The notes beneath the pieces were generated by a model that made no database searches, was not told the DNA's origin, and saw only the letters and a program-made list of their open reading frames with translations. Below, piece after piece: positions 19,416-26,371 of a stretch of 32,000 bases of DNA. The stretch lies in the NCBI GenBank assembly GCA_020725195.1, contig DYFL01000005.1, forward strand, positions 48,513-80,512, given 5' to 3'. Position 1 is the first letter of the stretch, and every line of letters starts with the position of its first letter. This stretch comes from Hydrogenophilus sp. (GTDB taxonomy: Bacteria > Pseudomonadota > Gammaproteobacteria > Burkholderiales > Thiobacillaceae). The position numbers were made by a program, and so were the translations under genes.

Positions 19416-19788
19416 TCAGCGCGGCGCCCGCCGGCTGCCGCCCTTTGGCCGCGAATTGGCCGAGGCCAGGCGTCGGGGGCTGGTGCCCAAGCTTCCCCTT
19501 GGCTGGTTCGTGGTGGCCCTGGGGTGGGATCTGGCCAAAGGCCAGCCCAGGATCGTGCTGCCATCCGACAAGCCGGTGGACGGCTACGACCTCGCGGCGC
19601 TCGCGGGCCTGGACCTGATCATCGCCTACTGCCGGCATGATGCGCATCGGGTGCAAGCTGTCGCCGATGCACTGCTGGCCATCCGTCCACGCACCTTGAC
19701 CGCCTGCGCCGTTGGCACCGTAGCCGTGCCGTGGCATTACTGGCACGCACCAGGTGCCACTCTGCTGGTGGGGCTGAATGGTGCTTGA
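19405..19788 (+). CDS. Hypothetical protein
   Basis: Frame overlaps neighbours; VPKLPLGWFVVALGWDLAKGQPRIVLPSDKPVDGYDL. Confidence 0.5.
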   Translation: MPADQRGARRLPPFGRELAEARRRGLVPKLPLGWFVVALGWDLAKGQPRIVLPSDKPVDGYDLAALAGLDLIIAYCRHDAHRVQAVADALLAIRPRTLTACAVGTVAVPWHYWHAPGATLLVGLNGA

Positions 19789-20770
19789 GTTGGTTGCAGA
19801 GACCGAAGAGCAGCGCGCAGCGCGACGGCGCGCAACACCGAGCGCAACAGGGCTCGTCGCAATCAACCTCGAAGATTTCCTGACAACACCCATTCCACCC
19901 AGGAAAGCCCTCATAGACCCTGTGCTCCACGAGCAGAGCCTGGGGATGATCTACGCTAAGCGTGGTGTTGGGAAGACGCAGTTCGTCATGGGTTTCGGCT
20001 ATGCGGTGGCGGCTGGCGCACAGTTCATGGGCTGGTCAGCACCTGAGCCGCGCAAGGTGCTGCACATCGATGGGGAGATGCCGGCCGCCAGCCTGCAACA
20101 ACGCTTGGCGGAGTTGGTGAAAGCCAACGATAAGGAGCCCCCCAAGGGCTATCTCCGAATCATCACCCCAGACCTGCAGCCGCGCGGCATGCCTGATCTG
20201 GCCCTGTTGGATGGGCAGATGGCCATCGATGAACAGGTGGAGGATGACACCGCCCTGATCATCGTCGACAACCTGAGCTCCCTGGTCCGTTGGGGTGGCA
20301 GCGAGAACGACGCGGAGAGCTGGCTCTCGGTTTCTGAATGGGCTCTGAGGCATCGCGCCAAGGGCAGGGCCATCCTGTTCGTCCACCACGCCGGCAAGAG
20401 CGGACAGCAGCGTGGCACCAGCAAGCGCGAGGATCTTCTCGACCTGGTGCTGGCTCTGCGACACCCAACCGATTACGACCCCAGCCAAGGCGCCCGCTTT
20501 GAAGTCCACTTCGAGAAGGCGCGAGGACTGTTTGGCGCTGACGTTGACCCGTTCGAGGCCGCACTCGGTACCGACGACCAAGGCCGGCAGGCCTGGGCAA
20601 CCAGCCCCTTGGAAAACTCGACCTATGAGCGCTCCATCGAGCTGCATGGGCTTGGTCTTTCTGTGACCGACATCGCCAGGGAACTGGAGGTGCACAAGTC
20701 CACCATCAGCCGCGCGTTACAGCGCGCACAGCATGAGGGGCGGATTACCCCCAGGGGCAAGCAGAAATGA
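19778..20770 (+). CDS. RepA-like AAA (RecA-fold) ATPase with C-terminal helix-turn-helix
   Basis: Walker A GMIYAKRGVGKTQFV, HIDGEMPA, Walker B-like TALIIVDNLSSL, ILFVHHAGKSG; C-terminus LSVTDIARELEVHKSTISRALQRAQHEG. Confidence 0.85.
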   Translation: MVLELVAETEEQRAARRRATPSATGLVAINLEDFLTTPIPPRKALIDPVLHEQSLGMIYAKRGVGKTQFVMGFGYAVAAGAQFMGWSAPEPRKVLHIDGEMPAASLQQRLAELVKANDKEPPKGYLRIITPDLQPRGMPDLALLDGQMAIDEQVEDDTALIIVDNLSSLVRWGGSENDAESWLSVSEWALRHRAKGRAILFVHHAGKSGQQRGTSKREDLLDLVLALRHPTDYDPSQGARFEVHFEKARGLFGADVDPFEAALGTDDQGRQAWATSPLENSTYERSIELHGLGLSVTDIARELEVHKSTISRALQRAQHEGRITPRGKQK

Positions 20771-20788
20771 ACTATGTCCCCTGCCCCC

Positions 20789-20966
20789 TGTTGCGCTGTT
20801 GCCCCTCTAAAGAGGGGGCAACACGCAACAACAAGGGGCGGCCCCGCAACAAACCATGCAACAAAGGCGCAACGATGAGCCTGAAAGCCTTAGCCCATGC
20901 GGTTTTATCACGCAACAACTCAGACAGGGCAACGCCTGAAACACCCGCAACGCGAGGAAGCAACAG
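20789..20966. repeat. Iteron-like GCAAC(A) tract with imperfect inverted repeat
   Basis: GCAAC at 20818, 20825, 20846, 20858, 20869, 20912, 20929, 20947, 20960; inverted TGTTGC at 20789 and 20797. Confidence 0.55.
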
Positions 20967-21264
20967 CCGCGATGATCTGGGCGGTCTGCGCTCAGACTTC
21001 ATCACGGTTCGGGCTTGGTTCGTTTGCTGTGGTGAATGGACCGAGGCCGAGGCCCTGGAGGTCTGGGGGGCTATCGATGGGGCTGACCATGGCGAGCGTG
21101 CTTTCTGGGCTGAGTGGATGGCTGGTATGGCGCAGATGGTCCGTGATCATGCCGCCTGGCTGAAGGAGATCGATGCGAGCGCCTTGGAGGCTGCGCGCAA
21201 GAGGCATGGGGTGCAGACAACGGCACTCGATTTGAAGAAGGAGCATGGAAATGATCAAGCTTGA
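20875..21264 (+). CDS. Hypothetical protein
   Basis: Continuation of ORF 20767-21264; ATG 20875 (MSLKALAHAVLSRNN) chosen because upstream codons coincide with the repeat tract. Confidence 0.5.
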   Translation: MSLKALAHAVLSRNNSDRATPETPATRGSNSRDDLGGLRSDFITVRAWFVCCGEWTEAEALEVWGAIDGADHGERAFWAEWMAGMAQMVRDHAAWLKEIDASALEAARKRHGVQTTALDLKKEHGNDQA

Positions 21265-21961
21265 AATCAAGGGCGTGGACAACGTGACACGGGTACTGAA
21301 CCGCTTAGGCAAGCAGTCGAACAGCGTGTCCGCGCGTGCGCTGAACAACCTGGGCTTCGGTATCAGGAAGTCACTCCAGAAGGAGATGGAGAGCGCATTC
21401 GCCAACCCGACGCCATACACGAAGCGCAGCATCTACGTGCACAAGGCCACGGAGACCAATCCGACGATGACGGTCGATTTCAAGGATGAGGCGTTCAAGG
21501 CGATCCCGCCTGATCGGTACATGCGCCCCCAGGTCTATGGCGGCAGCCGTGTGCTCAAGCGCTCCGAGCGGCGGCTGGGCACTTATGCCTACCCTGGCCG
21601 GGGTGCTGAGCTTGATGCCTACGGGAATATGAGCCGTGGCGAGATCGTCAAGATACTGACCCAGCTGGGCAGGCTGGGCGTCAACACGATGAGCAAGCGG
21701 GCCAGGAAGGCCGGGATCGCGCAGAAGATTATCCATCGTCACCTCGGCACACAGTATTTCGTCGCCCGCAGCAAGTCGAACGGCAAGCCGCTCGGGGTAT
21801 GGAAGCTGCTCGGCACCGGCCGCGTAACCCCCGTGCTGGCCTTCGGCAGGAAGCCGAACTACAAGCCTCGATTCGATTTCCACGGTGTTGCTCAGCGAGT
21901 GATCGAAGAGCGCATGGAGCGGGAGCTGGTCAGGGCGCTGAAGTACGAGCTGGGCAAATAG
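21251..21961 (+). CDS. Phage morphogenesis protein, minor tail Z / gp10-like
   Basis: KLEIKGVDNVTRVLNRLGKQSNSVSARALNNLGFGIRKSLQKEMESAF pattern; AAGGAG upstream of ATG 21251. Confidence 0.55.
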   Translation: MIKLEIKGVDNVTRVLNRLGKQSNSVSARALNNLGFGIRKSLQKEMESAFANPTPYTKRSIYVHKATETNPTMTVDFKDEAFKAIPPDRYMRPQVYGGSRVLKRSERRLGTYAYPGRGAELDAYGNMSRGEIVKILTQLGRLGVNTMSKRARKAGIAQKIIHRHLGTQYFVARSKSNGKPLGVWKLLGTGRVTPVLAFGRKPNYKPRFDFHGVAQRVIEERMERELVRALKYELGK

Positions 21962-22067
21962 TGGGTCCTTCCTGGGAAAAACGCCTTACGGGCAATTCGA
22001 ACCCAGACTTTTCGCTAGTGGGTGGGATTTTCTCGGGGTTGACATACCAGTTGACTCTCCTCCTGGG

Positions 22068-22574
22068 TTGACATTGACAGATACGACGCCACTCCAGCAC
22101 TGCCTGCAACTGCGCTCGGTCCTCTCCAAGCCGGTGGCCGGCTTCCCCGAGCCGCTCCGGCTCTGGCTGCTGGCCGGCTTTGTCGCGGCGATGGATGAGG
22201 GGGTGTCGCTGGAGACCGGCCTGGGCCTCAAGGGCGCCGGCATCCGCAAGCTGAAGACGCTGCGCCGGATGGCCTACCGCGACACCCTGATAGCAGAGGC
22301 GGCCGCCCTGGTAGACGGCCGGGACGCCGCCGCCCTGGCCGCCGAGATCAGCCGATTCGAGACGCGCAAGTGGCCCGCCTGGCGCCAGTTGGCTGTCGCC
22401 CCGTCCCATGCCACGCCGATCGAACGCATCCTCTTCGATGTCTTCAGGAGCGGCCTCCTGGTGCCCAGCAGTGCGCGGCAGATCGATCGCATCCTGACAT
22501 CAACCCCCCTGATTTCATGTCAAGAAAACTGCGCGACCATCGAGTCACCTGCACTGAAGGAGCCCAAGAGATGA
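22068..22574 (+). CDS. Hypothetical protein
   Basis: Open frame; start codon uncertain (TTG at 22068 or 22074). Confidence 0.5.
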   Translation: MTLTDTTPLQHCLQLRSVLSKPVAGFPEPLRLWLLAGFVAAMDEGVSLETGLGLKGAGIRKLKTLRRMAYRDTLIAEAAALVDGRDAAALAAEISRFETRKWPAWRQLAVAPSHATPIERILFDVFRSGLLVPSSARQIDRILTSTPLISCQENCATIESPALKEPKR

Positions 22575-22957
22575 GTTTCGACAAAGCCACCGCCACCCGT
22601 GAGGCCATGGCCGAGCTTGAGCGCAATCACCGCGCCAAGTTCATCGGCCTGGCCTGCCTGGCCGCCATCGAGGGCGGCCACATTGACCCGCAGGTCGCCG
22701 CTGGCATCGAGCGCGACGCGCGGCAGCTCATGCAGTCCGCTGCCGCCGATCAAGTCCGCTGGAACCGCGGTGTCGTGCTCATGGCCGAGCATGGCCTGGA
22801 CGCCGAGACCGTCGCCGGCATCCTCAAATCCGACCTGACCGACGAAGCCGCCTGGGCGCGGATTTCCTCAGTCGGTCGTCGCACCTACGACCTGGCCGGC
22901 GAGGCCCAGGAACTGAGGGCGCAGATCCTCGCCTTCGGGAGGCGCGGCCATGAGTGA
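22571..22957 (+). CDS. Hypothetical protein
   Basis: ATGA overlap with previous stop; AAGAG SD-like. Confidence 0.6.
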   Translation: MSFDKATATREAMAELERNHRAKFIGLACLAAIEGGHIDPQVAAGIERDARQLMQSAAADQVRWNRGVVLMAEHGLDAETVAGILKSDLTDEAAWARISSVGRRTYDLAGEAQELRAQILAFGRRGHE

Positions 22958-23225
22958 GTACGCCAAGCCCGCACAGCTTGCCGGCCCGCTCGCCCTGGCA
23001 GATGCCGACAAGATCCGCACTGCCGTGCGCATGCGCTACCAGGCTGTCTTGAGCCTGTCGGAGGCCTCCGGCCGCATGGAGGCGGCCCTGGAGCTGGCTG
23101 AAACCGATCTCGATCTGCAAACCGTGGCCGGGCTGCTGAAAAACGCCCCCGAGGCCCTGGCCCAGCCGAGCCGGATCGAGGCCTTCGTGATGGAAAAGCG
23201 CGAGGAGGCAAAAGCCCATGCCTGA
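22950..23225 (+). CDS. Hypothetical protein
   Basis: Overlaps previous gene; GGAGGCG SD-like upstream. Confidence 0.6.
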   Translation: MSEYAKPAQLAGPLALADADKIRTAVRMRYQAVLSLSEASGRMEAALELAETDLDLQTVAGLLKNAPEALAQPSRIEAFVMEKREEAKAHA

Positions 23226-23544
23226 ACACGATCCCGCCCTGCTGGAGGTTGTGGCCGGCGAACAGGCCCGTATCCGCGCCATCCTGAACGCGCCCGAAGC
23301 GAGACACGCCGGCAACTATGCGGTTCAGCTCGCGCTGGGTACCGATATGCCTGCTGCCAAGGCCATCGCCCTGCTCAAGGCCTTCGCCCCGACCCCGCAC
23401 AACTTCCTGGCCGAGGCCATGGGCCATTTGCCCAATCCCGGCATCGCGCCAGACAGCAATATGGAAAGCGCGGAAGGCGTCATCCTGGCCGCCGAGATCG
23501 CGGCGGGTTTCAACCGACTCACCAGACGAAAGGACACGAAATGA
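23218..23544 (+). CDS. Hypothetical protein resembling the C-terminal segment of some phage capsid proteases
   Basis: EQARIRAILNAPEARHAGNYAVQLALGTDMPAAKAIALLKAFAP. Confidence 0.5.
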   Translation: MPEHDPALLEVVAGEQARIRAILNAPEARHAGNYAVQLALGTDMPAAKAIALLKAFAPTPHNFLAEAMGHLPNPGIAPDSNMESAEGVILAAEIAAGFNRLTRRKDTK

Positions 23545-23624
23545 GCACCACTCAAAGCAAAACCAAGACCGTTCGAGAACTGGCGCAGGAACTAGTAGGG
23601 AGGGGGGAGAAACCGGACAGGTGA
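23541..23624 (+). CDS. Putative 27-aa small ORF
   Basis: MSTTQSKTKTVRELAQELVGRGEKPDR; ATGA overlap with previous stop. Confidence 0.3.
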   Translation: MSTTQSKTKTVRELAQELVGRGEKPDR

Positions 23625-23797
23625 ACGGCGAGAAAATTGGCCCGAAAAGCCCGTCGTTACTGGAAAGTTGCCCGAAACACTGAATTCCTGATTTCTGGAC
23701 GGCTGCGGGGATAAAGTGCGGGAAATCTTGGTGGAAACTGCGGGAAATAGCGTAGGCCGGTACGGAAATTACCCCAGTTTGAAGGCCGTTTAATTGG

Positions 23798-24400
23798 TCA
23801 CCGAACCCGATTTAATACAGCCGTCAGATGGTCTTCAATAACGTCGGCCACCAGGCGCTGGTCAGAGGAAGGAAAACCGACCAGCTGGCGGGCCGGGATG
23901 CCGGGATGGGTCACCCGCTTCCTGAATAGCCCACCGAAGGCCAGCGCCTTGGCCTTCTTCGGCGTGATTGTGTAGGCGGCTCCCTTGGGACCGTAGGTGC
24001 CGGTGCCGAAGTGATGCCACACGGCCTTCTGATCGCTGAACCCGAGTTTCAACTCGGTCCCCTGTACCTGGTAATTGAAGCTCCCCAGCATGTCGCCGTG
24101 GTCGTAGAGGATTCGGCGCTTCTTCTCCTGCACTTTCTTGGCCGTGGCCAGGCTCATCTGGCCATTCTTGCGGAATGAATCGTCCTGGGACTTCCAAACC
24201 GCCGAGCCGATGGTCATCGGCGACGCTTCCTTCCATTTTGTACCGTCTGGGGCCAGGCCCTGGTCATGGCGCTCCTGATTCACCCGCAGCAGCGATTCGC
24301 CCAGGCTGCCCAGCATCTGCTGGGGCGTGGCGATTTCGAGGCGGACGGCTTCCATGGCCCTGGCCAGGTGGTCGGCTTGAAATTCGATGGTGAATTGCAT
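23798..24400 (-). CDS. Phage virion morphogenesis protein (Mu gpG-like)
   Basis: GLAPDGTKWKEASPMTIG, KKRRILYDHGDMLGSFNYQVQGTELKLGFSDQKAVWHHFGT. Confidence 0.85.
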   Translation of the reverse strand: MQFTIEFQADHLARAMEAVRLEIATPQQMLGSLGESLLRVNQERHDQGLAPDGTKWKEASPMTIGSAVWKSQDDSFRKNGQMSLATAKKVQEKKRRILYDHGDMLGSFNYQVQGTELKLGFSDQKAVWHHFGTGTYGPKGAAYTITPKKAKALAFGGLFRKRVTHPGIPARQLVGFPSSDQRLVADVIEDHLTAVLNRVR

Positions 24401-24465
24401 ATGCTGTGTCCGTGGTTAGGTCAGACTGCGCTTCGGCGCTACTGCACAGTATCCGAGCCACAACT

Positions 24466-24495
24466 AACGCGGCCCCTGAAAAGGCCGCGTTTTTT
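24466..24495 (+). terminator. Terminator-like hairpin between gpF and gpG genes
   Basis: AACGCGGCC-cctgaaaa-GGCCGCGTT then TTTT on the plus strand. Confidence 0.6.
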
Positions 24496-25774
24496 ATTTG
24501 CTGAATACCAGCCTGCCCGCCCGCTGTTTATCAAAGTACGCCTCGCGGGCGGCCTCGGTTTTCTGGGTTCCCATAAAGGCGGTGGAGCCTGTCCAGCCGG
24601 TTTTTCCCCACTCGAAGACCGCCACGCCGAATTCGTCCGTCCCTTCCACCTCGAAGGCTCGCAGGTAGCGGCGCTTTAGACGCCACCGGCCCTTGTCGCC
24701 GTGGTCTTTCACCCAGACCCACCAGATTTCGTCCGGCTCAATTACTGTCATGGCCAGTAGGTTGATGTACTCTAGGCGGGCGGCCTTTCCGGGCTTCGAC
24801 AGCCACTTGAACTCCCCCGCGCCGTCCTCGAAAAGTGCCTTGGTGATGGCCAGCGTGCTGCCTGCCGCATCGGTGAATGCCGCGCCTTCGTCCATGGTGG
24901 CCCCGAAGACATCCAGGAAGTCCGCTACGGCCACTTCGGGGGCCGTTTTGGCTGGCAGCAGGGCACTTTTCGGAACCACGGTCGGCTTAGGCATCGGCGG
25001 CGGGGTAAAGCCCGTTGGCCAGGGCGTCCCGCGCTCTTTCAGCACCGCGTCGTAGCCTTGCAGGGGCGGCACCGTCTGCGGCTCCAGCCATGCCTTGCCA
25101 GGGTTGTAGGCGAAGCCTGGGTCAATGCCCTTCGGGGTGCGCACAGTGCGCGGGGCGCTGCCGTTCTTGCCCACCACGCGCTCTTCCCATTCGATGGGCG
25201 GCGCTTCGTCGGGGCCGCTCTTGCCGTTCTTCTCCCATTCGCGGCTGGCCTCCAGGCGGGAGAGCGAATCGACCTTGCACTTGCAGCCCCAGCCGTTCTG
25301 CGGCATGTGAGTGTTCCACCACGGGTCATCGGCGGGCAGGATCAGGCCGTTCCATGCCTTGTGCTCAAGGCGCGGGTGCTCAAAGCTGGTGTGCCGGTAG
25401 CGCCAGTAGGGCCGCAGGTGCTTGACGGCCGTCATCTGCTGGTACCGGCCAGCGTTGTACGCCTGGGTGACATTGGTGTCGTAGATGACCTTGCTGCGCC
25501 AGCCGGGGGTGCCGTTGTAGGCCCAGCCGTGCTTGGCCACGATCTCATCGAACTGCTTGCGGAAAGCCGGATAGCCGGTGCCCGATTCCTTGGCCTGGCG
25601 GATGGCGTTGTAGAAGTCTTCCACCAGGGCATCATGGGCCGCCCCGGCCACCACAAAGCCGTGGCTGTGCTGCTCCTGCCAGATGTCCGTCCAGCCCGAA
25701 GAAGGCAGGCGGATTTTCTGCTTGAAGAAGTCGATGGCTTCGGAGAACTGAAGCTGGTCTGGAGTCGGTGGCAT
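24494..25774 (-). CDS. Phage head morphogenesis protein (Mu gpF-like) with C-terminal nuclease-like domain
   Basis: AGTGYPAFRKQFDEIVAKHGWAYNG, VIYDTNVTQAYNAGRY, PQNGWGCKCKV; C-terminus LLAMTVIEPDEIWWVW...RRYLRAFEVEG. Confidence 0.88.
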   Translation of the reverse strand: MPPTPDQLQFSEAIDFFKQKIRLPSSGWTDIWQEQHSHGFVVAGAAHDALVEDFYNAIRQAKESGTGYPAFRKQFDEIVAKHGWAYNGTPGWRSKVIYDTNVTQAYNAGRYQQMTAVKHLRPYWRYRHTSFEHPRLEHKAWNGLILPADDPWWNTHMPQNGWGCKCKVDSLSRLEASREWEKNGKSGPDEAPPIEWEERVVGKNGSAPRTVRTPKGIDPGFAYNPGKAWLEPQTVPPLQGYDAVLKERGTPWPTGFTPPPMPKPTVVPKSALLPAKTAPEVAVADFLDVFGATMDEGAAFTDAAGSTLAITKALFEDGAGEFKWLSKPGKAARLEYINLLAMTVIEPDEIWWVWVKDHGDKGRWRLKRRYLRAFEVEGTDEFGVAVFEWGKTGWTGSTAFMGTQKTEAAREAYFDKQRAGRLVFSK

Positions 25775-25777
25775 CGC

Positions 25778-26071
25778 CTATATTTCCGAGGTCAAGGTTC
25801 CGCACTCTCCCGAGTAGCGCAGAAACTTCTCCACCTTCGCCTTTTTTGCATCAACAGCGGACCTAGATAGCCCGCCTTTCCTCCGCAGGGAAATAATCAT
25901 TTCCGCCACCCCGGCCAGGTCGTTCATTTCCTGCCACAGCCGTTCTTCGTTTGTCAGTTCCTGGCCTGGCTGTACCTCATCAAGCCCGAAACGGAGCGCC
26001 TTGCTTGCCCGCTGCGCGACTTCTGCGCACTCTTCTGCAAGGCACAAGAGCAGATGCTGTTCACGATTCAT
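25778..26071 (-). CDS. MazG-like nucleotide pyrophosphohydrolase-type phage protein
   Basis: LAEECAEVAQRASKALRFG...NEERLWQEMNDLAGVAEMI pattern; start ATG 26071. Confidence 0.6.
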   Translation of the reverse strand: MNREQHLLLCLAEECAEVAQRASKALRFGLDEVQPGQELTNEERLWQEMNDLAGVAEMIISLRRKGGLSRSAVDAKKAKVEKFLRYSGECGTLTSEI

Positions 26072-26366
26072 TTTTGCCCCCGGTTGCAAGTAGCGCGTGG
26101 ATCGCGTTGATGGTTACCGCCTTGTCGGAATCCGGGGCCGGTAGCAGGCGGATTGCAGCCTCCATCTGCCGCAGGGCGTCATCGTCGTCAGAACCGACCA
26201 TCCCTACCAATGCAGCCCGAAGCATTGCCACGTTCTTCTGCATGGTTTCCAGATGCAAGGCCGTCGCAGCCATGAAGCGGCTGAACTCTGGATGCAGCTG
26301 GTCTTTCTCCTGGGCCTTAGCTTCTGCAATGCACCAGGCGATGTTCATATCTTCGATTTGCAGCAT
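26061..26366 (-). CDS. Hypothetical phage protein
   Basis: Tight spacing between portal and MazG-like gene. Confidence 0.5.
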   Translation of the reverse strand: MLQIEDMNIAWCIAEAKAQEKDQLHPEFSRFMAATALHLETMQKNVAMLRAALVGMVGSDDDDALRQMEAAIRLLPAPDSDKAVTINAIHALLATGGKNES

Positions 26367-26371
26367 GGTCC

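Noticed and set aside
21990-22020. TTCGAACCC (reverse complement GGGTTCGAA) as a tRNA T-arm or attR fragment
   Set aside because: Flanking bases do not form a T stem and do not match the tRNA-Ala 3' end
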